IMG/VR virus record: IMGVR_UViG_2681813233_000003
Strand: one strand, 5' to 3'
DNA from: a virus
Taxonomy: Duplodnaviria; Heunggongvirae; Uroviricota; Caudoviricetes
DNA length: 24,003 bases
The notes under the pieces were generated by a model that was not told the origin of the DNA, searched no databases, and worked only from the letters and a program-made list of their open reading frames with translations. The stretch's first letter is position 1; every line of letters starts with the position of its first letter. Below, in pieces: positions 9,371-17,049 of this stretch. Made by a program: the position numbers and the translations under genes.

Positions 9371-9479
9371 ATGCCCTCCATAGTAAACACGAATAAAAAT
9401 ACAATATGTACTTTACGAATACAAGTAAAAATACACATTGTGCATGGATGGTTCCAGTACAAAGCGTAATAATAAGGAC
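9371..9479. promoter_or_regulatory. Divergent pR/pRM promoter-operator region (OR) between cro and cI
   Basis: AT-rich 109-bp gap with repeated partially palindromic motifs (tacaatatgta, cacattgtg, ttacaagtaa). Confidence 0.45.
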
Positions 9480-10139
9480 ATGAAAATGAAATGGTATGAA
9501 CTGGCTAGATCCAGAATGAAAGAGCTCGGCATAACTCAAGAGAAGTTAGCCGAAGAGCTAGGTATGACGCAGGGTGGGATTGGACACTGGTTGCGCGGAT
9601 CTCGTCATCCATCTCTTAGTGATATTGGTGTGGTGTTTAAATACCTTGGTATTGATAACATATCATTCAACCACGACGGGACATTTTCACCTGTTGGCGA
9701 ATACTCATCGGCCCCAGTTAAAAAACAATATGAGTACCCTGTTTTTTCTCATGTTCAGGCTGGGATGTTCTCTCCAGAACTCAGAACCTTTACCAAAGGC
9801 GATGCGGAGAGATTGGTAAGCACAACCAAAAAAGCCAGTGACTCTGCATTCTGGCTTGAGGTTGAAGGTAACTCAATGACCGCACCAACAGGTTCCAAAC
9901 CCAGCTTTCCTGACGGGATGTTAATTCTGGTTGACCCTGAGCAAGCTGTTGAGCCCGGCGATTTCTGCATAGCCAGACTTGGTGGTGATGAATTTACCTT
10001 CAAGAAACTGATCAGGGATAGCGGTCAGGTGTTTCTACAGCCACTAAACCCACAATACCCAATGATCCCATGCAATGAGAGTTGTTCCGTTGTGGGGAAA
10101 GTTATCGCCAGCCAATGGCCTGAAGAGACGTTTGGGTGA
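9480..10139 (+). CDS. cI: CI repressor, chimeric: heterologous N-terminal DNA-binding domain fused to lambda-identical C-terminal LexA-like autocleavage/dimerisation domain
   Basis: From ~[14 protein letters not shown] to ...SQWPEETFG matches lambda CI; N-terminal ~95 aa differ; start at MKMKWYE preceded by aagga. Confidence 0.85.
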   Translation: MKMKWYELARSRMKELGITQEKLAEELGMTQGGIGHWLRGSRHPSLSDIGVVFKYLGIDNISFNHDGTFSPVGEYSSAPVKKQYEYPVFSHVQAGMFSPELRTFTKGDAERLVSTTKKASDSAFWLEVEGNSMTAPTGSKPSFPDGMLILVDPEQAVEPGDFCIARLGGDEFTFKKLIRDSGQVFLQPLNPQYPMIPCNESCSVVGKVIASQWPEETFG

Positions 10140-10178
10140 TGAAACCACTTTTATCTACAATTTACAGGGCGGTAAACA

Positions 10179-10736
10179 TTGGCAAAAATAGATGATTATC
10201 AGCCAAGCCAAGTAGAAGTTGATAAAGTACTTTATTGTAAAAAAATAGTTAACTTTTCTGGCGTTAAATGGAAACAGAAACCAAGTCGCTCTGATATGTG
10301 GCTACAAGCTCATATCATCCCCTTGGATGAGGATTGTATACCTATACAAGGGCTAAAGTTTGAACTGAAATGGAAACCAGATCAGGATTCAGAACCTGAT
10401 GACCCGATTTCTTACCCTAAAATAAATATTATTGCTTTCTATCATAACAAGAGGGTTTTCGCGGTAGATACCTATCACTTTGACAAACACACGAATAGTT
10501 ACAAGGTCGATCATCCGAAGTACCAAGATATCATTTACGGTGCTCACTACCATGTATACTATGAAGAAGCTGGATACTATAGTGATAGAATAGCGTTTCC
10601 AATCGAAGATGACATAAACCCAGATGACCTGGTAGGGTATTGGAATTACTTCTGTAAACATCTGAACATAACTTACTCTGGGAGAATACCTTTACCGCTT
10701 GAAGATGAGTCGGGGCAAATGGGGTTTGGAATATGA
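10179..10736 (+). CDS. Unknown protein A (185 aa, aromatic/acidic-rich, no TM) at the rexA position; candidate exclusion/defence component
   Basis: ORF 40 bp downstream of cI stop; probable TTG start (first in-frame ATG only at codon 40); many rare codons (ATA/AGA/AGG/CTA); stop overlaps gene B start. Confidence 0.6.
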   Translation: MAKIDDYQPSQVEVDKVLYCKKIVNFSGVKWKQKPSRSDMWLQAHIIPLDEDCIPIQGLKFELKWKPDQDSEPDDPISYPKINIIAFYHNKRVFAVDTYHFDKHTNSYKVDHPKYQDIIYGAHYHVYYEEAGYYSDRIAFPIEDDINPDDLVGYWNYFCKHLNITYSGRIPLPLEDESGQMGFGI

Positions 10737-11485
10737 TGTGCTCAACAGTGATCTCACAACTAGGTTTCGAATGCCATCCAATAGGCAAGACCTTGAGAAT
10801 TATCAGTCCATTCACTTACTGTGATGATGGAGAGCATGTCGGTGCCTTTATCCGTGAAGTCAATGGTAGGTATTTAGTTAGTGACAGATGCGATGCCTTA
10901 ATGAATATGGAGGCAAGAGGGATCTCGCTTACCAAAAAACGACTTGATGAGATACGACAATTACTGCTTAAAGAAGGCGCAGAACTCAATGCTCGAGGAG
11001 AAATCATTGCTTGGGCAACAGAAAAGGATGTCGGTGCGATTACATCGAACATAATTAGAGCTGGTATACTCGCATCAACTTTGTCGTTAGACTGGTATCA
11101 GCCAGTTCAAGCTGAAAAGTTTGAAAGTATGGTTATTGATTATCTATATCACACAGAGCTTAGAGACGCACTTTCTCTTCGTGAAAACGTATATGGCTTG
11201 AGTGGACATCAAATTACCGTCCCTGTAACAATAAAAACCGACATACCTAAATACGTTTTTACATCAAGCGTGAAACACGGAGGAAGCTGGAATAGTGCTT
11301 ACTCATTGCTTGGGAAACTAATTGATCTTAAAGCTTCAAGTGAGGAGTATAACAACAGATTTGTTGTTATAGACAGCGAAGCAATTGGTGATCAAATGCA
11401 ACAACTCTCCTTACTCTTCCATGAATCAAGCCAAGTTCTACCATTCTCCAAAAGAGAGACTTGGATTAAGAGACTTGCAGCATAA
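10733..11485 (+). CDS. Unknown protein B (250 aa, soluble) at the rexB position; candidate exclusion/defence component
   Basis: ATGATG start overlapping gene A stop (translational coupling); AT-rich with rare codons; followed directly by an intrinsic terminator. Confidence 0.65.
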   Translation: MMCSTVISQLGFECHPIGKTLRIISPFTYCDDGEHVGAFIREVNGRYLVSDRCDALMNMEARGISLTKKRLDEIRQLLLKEGAELNARGEIIAWATEKDVGAITSNIIRAGILASTLSLDWYQPVQAEKFESMVIDYLYHTELRDALSLRENVYGLSGHQITVPVTIKTDIPKYVFTSSVKHGGSWNSAYSLLGKLIDLKASSEEYNNRFVVIDSEAIGDQMQQLSLLFHESSQVLPFSKRETWIKRLAA

Positions 11486-11487
11486 TA

Positions 11488-11517
11488 CAACCCGGCCTCA
11501 GCGCCGGGTTTTCTTTG
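11488..11517 (+). terminator. Intrinsic terminator ending the cI-A-B transcription unit (timm analogue)
   Basis: cccggc-ctcagc-gccggg hairpin followed by TTTTCTTT. Confidence 0.6.
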
Positions 11518-11684
11518 CCTCACGTTCGCCCACCTAAAAACACATAACCAATTATATTTATTGAAAAATAAATAGATGCAACCCACTAAACCACGCAATT
11601 CTGATCTCTCCTTACATCGCCGAGACAATACATCCACGCTAAAAAACAACACTATTAAATACAAAGCGTTATAAAAAACCACGC

Positions 11685-11760
11685 CAACTTACAACAAATT
11701 GTATTGATCTTGTAAAGTACATATCGTACTATTTAACCGTCAGCAGGACGCTGGAAGCCA
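11685..11760 (+). promoter_or_regulatory. Putative pL/OL promoter-operator region
   Basis: AT-rich; palindromic motifs acaaattgt and gtacatatcgtac resembling the OR motifs; directly upstream of nutL and N. Confidence 0.35.
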
Positions 11761-11777
11761 AATGGAACAGACTGGCA

Positions 11778-11823
11778 GGCTCTTTAAACAACGTCGACTC
11801 TCGACTACGTGGCTGAAAAGCCA
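11778..11823 (+). promoter_or_regulatory. nutL-like site (boxA gctctttaaacaa, boxB tggc-tgaaaa-gcca)
   Basis: boxA consensus-like element followed by a GAAAA-loop hairpin, ~100 nt upstream of N start. Confidence 0.5.
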
Positions 11824-11921
11824 GATCACCCAACCACATAAGCTGTGGGATGCAATGCCGAAGCAACCGTCTCAGGAGGAGCTTCGAGATTGCATCGCCA
11901 AAGTTTATTCGGGAGGAATCC

Positions 11922-12194
11922 ATGTCCAGAAAAACAGAATTTAAAGGCACCGCAGCTTCTCGCCGTAGAGCTCGTCGCGCAAATCTGCAAAGTCAGGAGG
12001 CGATCAGCTCCGACAAGCTACACAGGCCAACCCCTTCACGAGTGGTCTTGCAATGCAAGCGCAAACCAGCAATGAGAGCAGAAGTAATAACACTGACAAC
12101 GTTGACCAGAAAATATGAAGGTTCAACTTGTCTTCCGAACGTAGCTCTTTACGCGGCAGGCTACCGGAAATCCAAACAACTGACAGCAAGATGA
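11922..12194 (+). CDS. N: N-type transcription antiterminator, P22 gp24-like (Arg-rich motif near N-terminus)
   Basis: 90 aa from MSRKTEFKGTAASRRRARRANL with gggagg RBS; C-terminus ...VALYAAGYRKSKQLTAR recalled as P22 gene 24-like; not lambda N. Confidence 0.7.
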   Translation: MSRKTEFKGTAASRRRARRANLQSQEAISSDKLHRPTPSRVVLQCKRKPAMRAEVITLTTLTRKYEGSTCLPNVALYAAGYRKSKQLTAR

Positions 12195-12252
12195 CTTGTG
12201 TTGGTCGCCAGAAAATGAAATTAGGCAGCAAACCACTTATTTGAGGTGAGAT

Positions 12253-12339
12253 ATGGAAGAAGAATTTGAAGAGTTCGAAGAGCATCCTCAGGATGTGATG
12301 GAACAATACCAGGACTATCCGTATGACTACGACTATTGA
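12253..12339 (+). CDS. orf28-like acidic micro-protein (28 aa), overlaps ral start by 17 nt
   Basis: Manual translation MEEEFEEFEEHPQDVMEQYQDYPYDYDY; gaggtg RBS; size and 17-nt overlap match the recalled lambda orf28/ral arrangement. Confidence 0.45.
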   Translation: MEEEFEEFEEHPQDVMEQYQDYPYDYDY

Positions 12340-12420
12340 TAAGAATCAATGGTGTGGACAATACGAACGACGACAATGATTGCCAGAGAACTTGGTAAAC
12401 AGAACTACAAGGCTGCCTGA
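12323..12420 (+). pseudogene. ral: ral (restriction alleviation) pseudogene: ~103-bp internal deletion with frameshift
   Basis: N-terminal MTTTIDKNQWCGQ then premature stop after 18 codons; C-terminal IRTTTMIARELGKQNYKAA lies in a different frame; lambda Ral recalled as 66 aa. Confidence 0.5.
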
Positions 12421-12438
12421 TGGTGGCCTTTATTTTTG
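12408..12438 (+). terminator. Intrinsic terminator after ral (G·U-containing stem aaggctgcc/ggtggcctt then TATTTTTG)
   Basis: Hairpin plus T tract; T-tract segment ggcctttatttttg is repeated at 12946. Confidence 0.45.
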
Positions 12439-12478
12439 TCCGTAAATAATTTCATGCTTATTACAATCAAGGTGATAT

Positions 12479-12928
12479 ATGGAAGAACAAGCAAACAAGA
12501 TTCTCGTAGAACTACTGCAAAAAGCCAGTAATGGAATAGACGCGGCTGTTTCATTTAGCCAGGCACAGATTCCTGATGTTGTTCATCAGTTGCTGCTATG
12601 GAATATGGTTGACAGTCTGATTAAAACATTAATGGCCATTCTAACAATCCCACTGGTTTTCTGGTTTATGAAGAAGCAGTGCCAAAGAGTTGAGACAGGT
12701 AAAATCGGTGATGAAGGATATTCATGGGAGAAAGGAAATCCCAAATACAGGCCGACAATGGTTTGGGATAGCAAAGGTGATATTAATCTTCTTATCATGC
12801 CATTGGTTGGAGTTTTGACTCTGTGGGGGATTTTTATTATTGGTGTAGTAACCAATATGACTTGGTTAAAAATTTGGCTGGCCCCAAAGCTTTACCTTAT
12901 CGAATATGCAGCATCATTGGTTAAGTAA
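12479..12928 (+). CDS. Small membrane protein (149 aa, two predicted TM helices); moron between ral and ea10, possible superinfection-exclusion function
   Basis: Hydrophobic stretches LIKTLMAILTIPLVFWFM and INLLIMPLVGVLTLWGIFIIGVV; aaggtg RBS; own terminator; AT-rich; flanked by 14-bp direct repeat. Confidence 0.6.
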   Translation: MEEQANKILVELLQKASNGIDAAVSFSQAQIPDVVHQLLLWNMVDSLIKTLMAILTIPLVFWFMKKQCQRVETGKIGDEGYSWEKGNPKYRPTMVWDSKGDINLLIMPLVGVLTLWGIFIIGVVTNMTWLKIWLAPKLYLIEYAASLVK

Positions 12929-12932
12929 TTTC

Positions 12933-12958
12933 AGGCCGCATAGTCGGCCTTTATTTTT
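12933..12958 (+). terminator. Intrinsic terminator of the 149-aa moron
   Basis: aggccg-catagt-cggcct hairpin followed by TTTATTTTTGG. Confidence 0.55.
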
Positions 12959-13077
12959 GGCATAAACAACAGAATAAACACTGCACTGTGTATTCATTCC
13001 AACGAGTGAATACACGGAGCAATGTCGCTCGTAACTAAACAGGAGCCGACTTGTTCTGATTATTGGAAATCTTCTTT

Positions 13078-13104
13078 GCCCTCCGATGTGAGGGCGATTT
13101 TTTA
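13078..13104 (+). terminator. Intrinsic terminator-like hairpin upstream of ea10
   Basis: gccctc-cgatgt-gagggc followed by GATTTTTTAT; preceded by 9-bp-stem hairpin gtgtattca...tgaatacac at 12989-13016. Confidence 0.4.
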
Positions 13105-13123
13105 TCTATGAGGATATGAATAG

Positions 13124-13492
13124 ATGTCAAACATCAAAAAATACATCATTGATTACGACTGGAAAGCATCAATAGAAATTGAAATCGACCATGACGTAAT
13201 GACAGAGGAAAAACTTCACCAGATTAATAATTTCTGGTCAGACTCTGAATACCGACTCAATAAACACGGCTCTGTATTAAATGCTGTATTAATCATGCTG
13301 GCGCAACATGTTCTGCTTATAGCAATTTCAAGCGACTTAAATGCATATGGTGTTGTGTGTGAGTTCGACTGGAATGATGGAAATGGTCAGGAAGGATGGC
13401 CTCCAATGGATGGTAGCGAAGGAATAAGAATTACCGATATCGATACATCAGGAATATTTGATTCAGATGATATGACTATCAAAGCCGCCTGA
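13124..13492 (+). CDS. ea10: Ea10 (lambda early protein, Ssb-associated)
   Basis: 122 aa; position between ral and cIII; recalled lambda Ea10. Confidence 0.8.
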   Translation: MSNIKKYIIDYDWKASIEIEIDHDVMTEEKLHQINNFWSDSEYRLNKHGSVLNAVLIMLAQHVLLIAISSDLNAYGVVCEFDWNDGNGQEGWPPMDGSEGIRITDIDTSGIFDSDDMTIKAA

Positions 13493-13564
13493 GCGCTGCG
13501 TTACCGCATACCAATAACGCTTCACTCGAGGCGTTTTTCGTTATGTATAAATAAGGAGCACACC

Positions 13565-13729
13565 ATGCAATATGCCATTGCAGGGTGGCCTGTTGCTGGC
13601 TGCCCTTCCGAATCTTTACTTGAACGAATCACCCGTAAATTACGTGACGGATGGAAACGCCTTATCGACATACTTAATCAGCCAGGAGTCCCAAAAAATG
13701 GATCAAACACTTATGGCTATCCAGACTAA
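13565..13729 (+). CDS. cIII: CIII (FtsH inhibitor, stabilises CII)
   Basis: Manual translation [54 protein letters not shown] (54 aa) equals recalled lambda CIII. Confidence 0.9.
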   Translation: MQYAIAGWPVAGCPSESLLERITRKLRDGWKRLIDILNQPGVPKNGSNTYGYPD

Positions 13730-13841
13730 ATTCACTATCGCCACTTTTATTGGCGATGAAAAGATGTTTCGTGAGGCCGTCGACGCTTATAAAAAATGGA
13801 TATTAATACTGAAACTGAGATCAAGCAAAAGCATTCACTAA
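13698..13841 (+). CDS. kil: Kil (host-killing / FtsZ inhibitor), overlaps cIII 3' end
   Basis: 47 aa from [12 protein letters not shown]...; internal start within longer ORF 13572..13841. Confidence 0.8.
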   Translation: MDQTLMAIQTKFTIATFIGDEKMFREAVDAYKKWILILKLRSSKSIH

Positions 13842-14212
13842 CCCCCTTTCCTGTTTTCCTAATCAGCCCGGCATTTCGCGGGCGATATTTTCACAGCTAT
13901 TTCAGGAGTTCAGCCATGAACGCTTATTACATTCAGGATCGTCTTGAGGCTCAGAGCTGGGCGCGTCACTACCAGCAGCTCGCCCGTGAAGAGAAAGAGG
14001 CAGAACTGGCAGACGACATGGAAAAAGGCCTGCCCCAGCATTTGTTTGAATCGCTCTGCATCGATCATTTACAACGCTGCGGGGCCAGCAAAAAAGCCAT
14101 TACCCGTGCATTTGATGACGATGTTGAGTTTCAGGAGCGCATGGCAGAACACATCCGGTTCATGGTTGAAACCATTGCTCACCATCAGGTTGATATTGAT
14201 TCAGAGGTATAA
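13796..14212 (+). CDS. gam: Gam (RecBCD inhibitor)
   Basis: 138 aa; recalled identity to lambda Gam ([18 protein letters not shown]...). Confidence 0.95.
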   Translation: MDINTETEIKQKHSLTPFPVFLISPAFRGRYFHSYFRSSAMNAYYIQDRLEAQSWARHYQQLAREEKEAELADDMEKGLPQHLFESLCIDHLQRCGASKKAITRAFDDDVEFQERMAEHIRFMVETIAHHQVDIDSEV

Positions 14213-14217
14213 AACGG

Positions 14218-15003
14218 ATGAGTACAGCACTCGCAACGCTGGCTGGGAAGCTGGCTGAACGTGTCGGCATGGATTCTGTCGACCCACAGGAACTGATCAC
14301 CACTCTTCGCCAGACGGCATTTAAAGGTGATGCCAGCGATGCGCAGTTCATCGCATTGTTGATCGTCGCCAACCAGTACGGCCTTAATCCGTGGACGAAA
14401 GAAATTTACGCCTTCCCTGATAAGCAGAACGGCATCGTTCCGGTGGTGGGCGTTGATGGCTGGTCCCGCATCATCAATGAAAACCAGCAGTTTGATGGCA
14501 TGGACTTTGAGCAGGACAATGAATCCTGCACATGCCGGATTTACCGCAAGGACCGTAATCATCCGATCTGCGTTACCGAGTGGATGGATGAATGCCGCCG
14601 CGAACCATTCAAAACCCGCGAAGGCAGAGAAATCACGGGGCCGTGGCAGTCGCATCCCAAACGGATGTTACGTCATAAAGCCATGATTCAGTGTGCCCGT
14701 CTGGCCTTCGGATTTGCTGGTATCTATGACAAGGATGAAGCCGAGCGCATTGTCGAAAATACCGCATACACTGCAGAACGTCAGCCGGAACGCGACATCA
14801 CTCCGGTTAACGATGAAACCATGCAGGAGATTAACACTCTGCTGATTGCCCTGGATAAAACATGGGATGACGACTTATTGCCGCTCTGTTCCCAGATATT
14901 TCGCCGCGACATTCGCGCATCGTCAGAACTGACACAGGCCGAAGCAGTGAAAGCTCTTGGATTCCTGAAACAGAAAGCCACTGAGCAGAAGGTGGCAGCA
15001 TGA
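14218..15003 (+). CDS. bet: Bet (Red beta single-strand annealing protein)
   Basis: 261 aa; recalled lambda Bet. Confidence 0.95.
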   Translation: MSTALATLAGKLAERVGMDSVDPQELITTLRQTAFKGDASDAQFIALLIVANQYGLNPWTKEIYAFPDKQNGIVPVVGVDGWSRIINENQQFDGMDFEQDNESCTCRIYRKDRNHPICVTEWMDECRREPFKTREGREITGPWQSHPKRMLRHKAMIQCARLAFGFAGIYDKDEAERIVENTAYTAERQPERDITPVNDETMQEINTLLIALDKTWDDDLLPLCSQIFRRDIRASSELTQAEAVKALGFLKQKATEQKVAA

Positions 15004-15680
15004 CACCGGACATTATACTGCAGCGTACCGGGATCGACGTGAGAGCTGTCGAACAGGGGGATGATGCGTGGCACAAATTACGGCTCGGCGTCATCACCGC
15101 TTCAGAGGTTCACAATGTGATAGCAAAACCCCGCTCCGGAAAGAAATGGCCTGACATGAAAATGTCCTACTTCCACACCCTGCTTGCCGAGGTTTGCACC
15201 GGTGTGGCTCCGGAAGTTAACGCTAAGGCGCTGGCCTGGGGAAAACAGTACGAGAACGACGCCAGAGCCCTGTTTGAGTTTACTTCCGGCGTGAATGTTA
15301 CTGAATCCCCGATCATCTATCGCGACGAAAGTATGCGTACCGCCTGCTCTCCGGATGGTTTATGCAGTGACGGCAACGGCCTTGAGCTGAAATGCCCGTT
15401 TACCTCCCGGGATTTCATGAAGTTCCGGCTCGGTGGTTTCGAGGCCATAAAGTCGGCTTACATGGCCCAGGTGCAGTACAGCATGTGGGTGACGCGAAAA
15501 GATGCCTGGTACTTTGCCAACTATGACCCGCGTATGAAGCGTGAAGGCCTGCATTATGTCGTGATTGAGCGGAATGAAAAGTACATGGCGAATTTTGACG
15601 AGATGGTGCCGGAGTTCATCGAAAAAATGGACGTGGCACTGGCTGAAATTGGTTTTGTATTTGGGGAGCAATGGCGATGA
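15000..15680 (+). CDS. exo: Exo (Red alpha 5'-3' exonuclease)
   Basis: 226 aa; recalled lambda Exo; start overlaps bet stop. Confidence 0.95.
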   Translation: MTPDIILQRTGIDVRAVEQGDDAWHKLRLGVITASEVHNVIAKPRSGKKWPDMKMSYFHTLLAEVCTGVAPEVNAKALAWGKQYENDARALFEFTSGVNVTESPIIYRDESMRTACSPDGLCSDGNGLELKCPFTSRDFMKFRLGGFEAIKSAYMAQVQYSMWVTRKDAWYFANYDPRMKREGLHYVVIERNEKYMANFDEMVPEFIEKMDVALAEIGFVFGEQWR

Positions 15681-15859
15681 AGCATCCTCACGATAATATC
15701 CGGGTAGGTGCGATCACTTTCGTCTACTCCGTTACAAAGCGAGGCTGGGTATTTCCCGGCCTTTCTGTTACCCGAAATCCCCTGAAAGCACAGCGGCTGG
15801 CTGAGGAGATAAATAATAAACGGGGAGCTGTATGCACAAAGCATCTCCTGTTGAGTTAA
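15677..15859 (+). CDS. orf60a-like small protein
   Basis: 60 aa from [18 protein letters not shown]; ATG overlaps exo stop (ATGA). Confidence 0.65.
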   Translation: MKHPHDNIRVGAITFVYSVTKRGWVFPGLSVTRNPLKAQRLAEEINNKRGAVCTKHLLLS

Positions 15860-16023
15860 GAACGAGCATTGAGATGGCACATAGCCTCGCTCAAATTGGA
15901 GTCAGGTTTGTGCCAATACCAGTAGAAACAGACGAAGAATTTCATACGTTAGCCGCATCCCTTTCACAAAAGCTGGAAATGATGGTGGCGAAAGCAGAAG
16001 CAGATGAGAGAGACCAGGTATGA
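15832..16023 (+). CDS. Hypothetical small pL-operon protein (63 aa)
   Basis: ORF overlapping orf60a 3' end; part of the coupled small-ORF chain in the lambda orf61/orf63 region. Confidence 0.45.
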   Translation: MHKASPVELRTSIEMAHSLAQIGVRFVPIPVETDEEFHTLAASLSQKLEMMVAKAEADERDQV

Positions 16024-16103
16024 CAACCACGGAATGCATTTTTCTGGCAGCGGGCTTCATATTTTGTGTGCTTATGCTTGCCGACATGGGACTTGTTCAA
16101 TGA
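16020..16103 (+). CDS. Putative 27-aa hydrophobic micropeptide
   Basis: Manual translation MTTTECIFLAAGFIFCVLMLADMGLVQ; ATG overlaps upstream stop and its TGA overlaps downstream ATG. Confidence 0.3.
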   Translation: MTTTECIFLAAGFIFCVLMLADMGLVQ

Positions 16104-16315
16104 CACCTCAGCAAGAAAACGCCCTTCGCAGCATTGCCCGTCTGGCTAACTCTGAAATCAAAAAAGCCAGACAGCAGTTTCCGGATAAAAACGTCGATGA
16201 CATTTGCCGTAGCGTACTGAAGAAGCACCGCGAAACGGTAACGCTGATGGGATTCACACCGACTCATTTAAGTCTGGCGATCGGCATGTTAAACGGCGTC
16301 TTTAAGGAGCGATGA
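16100..16315 (+). CDS. Hypothetical small pL-operon protein (71 aa from MTPQQENALRS)
   Basis: Internal ATG of ORF 16004..16315 at the coupled junction with the micropeptide. Confidence 0.5.
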   Translation: MTPQQENALRSIARLANSEIKKARQQFPDKNVDDICRSVLKKHRETVTLMGFTPTHLSLAIGMLNGVFKER

Positions 16316-16335
16316 ACATGAAAAGCAAAATCATC

Positions 16336-16360
16336 AGGGAGCTACAGGCTCCTTTTTTAT
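16336..16360 (+). terminator. Terminator-like hairpin within pL operon
   Basis: agggagc-tacag-gctcctt followed by TTTTTT. Confidence 0.35.
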
Positions 16361-16413
16361 TGTTCGCATTCACCCTCAAGCGTATTAACCAACAATTCAG
16401 GGATTAATGGAAG

Positions 16414-16635
16414 ATGGCAGACATCATTGATTCAGCATCAGAAATTGAAGAATTACAGCGCAACACAGCAATAAAAATGCGCCGCCTGAACCACCAGGCT
16501 ATATCTGCCACTCATTGTTGTGAGTGTGGCGATCCCATAGATGAACGAAGACGCCTGGTCGTTCAGGGTTGTCGGACTTGTGCAAGTTGCCAGGAGGATC
16601 TGGAGCTTATCAGTAAACAGAGAGGTTCGAAGTGA
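16414..16635 (+). CDS. DksA/TraR-family C4 zinc-finger protein
   Basis: 73 aa; CxxC...CxxC (HCCECGDPIDERRRLVVQGCRTCASC) typical of the TraR/DksA C-terminal zinc finger. Confidence 0.75.
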   Translation: MADIIDSASEIEELQRNTAIKMRRLNHQAISATHCCECGDPIDERRRLVVQGCRTCASCQEDLELISKQRGSK

Positions 16636-17048
16636 GCGAAATTAACTCTCAGGCACTGCGTGAGGCGGCAGTAGCAATTGAAACAGTAGCAACGCCTCAA
16701 AAATTGCTGGCATTTCGTATGAAAGTCACACCTCAGGTTGTGCTGGCACTGCTGGATGAACGGGAAAGAAACCAGCAATACATCAAACGCCGCGACCAAG
16801 AGAACGAGGATATTGCGTTAACGGTAGGGAAGTTGCGCGTTGAGCTTGAGGCAGAAAAACAGCGGGCAAAGGATCTGTTTATGGAAAATGCTCGGCTTAA
16901 GTCAGGTATAGCCGGTCTGATACACCTCGGTATTCGATATGCAGATGTTGAGGTCATGAGAATTGCTGGAGATGCCCAGCTTTCTACCCCATGCACTGAC
17001 AGCATCATAAACAGCATTGCAACAGGCATTCGCATCAAAGGAGAGTGA
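16632..17048 (+). CDS. Ea22-like protein, short variant (GTG start)
   Basis: 138 aa; N-terminus MSEINSQALREAA and C-terminus ...GIRIKGE recalled as lambda Ea22-like, middle differs; GTG overlaps TraR stop. Confidence 0.6.
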   Translation: MSEINSQALREAAVAIETVATPQKLLAFRMKVTPQVVLALLDERERNQQYIKRRDQENEDIALTVGKLRVELEAEKQRAKDLFMENARLKSGIAGLIHLGIRYADVEVMRIAGDAQLSTPCTDSIINSIATGIRIKGE

Positions 17049-17049
17049 T

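Noticed and set aside
9438-9479. Extended cI start at MCMDGSS
   Set aside because: No RBS and it lies within the operator/promoter region; the ATG at 9480 preceded by aagga is preferred.
11392-11682. 96-aa minus-strand ORF downstream of gene B
   Set aside because: It spans the intrinsic terminator and the AT-rich promoter region and is antisense to the gene B 3' end; likely non-coding.
11850-11921. N-terminal extension of N (MQCRSNRL...)
   Set aside because: The ATG at 11922 has a strong gggagg RBS and yields an N-sized protein with an Arg-rich motif near the N-terminus; the extension overlaps nutL.
13572-13841. 89-aa ORF spanning cIII-kil
   Set aside because: It is the kil frame extended upstream through cIII; the real products are cIII (13565..13729, other frame) and 47-aa Kil starting at 13698.
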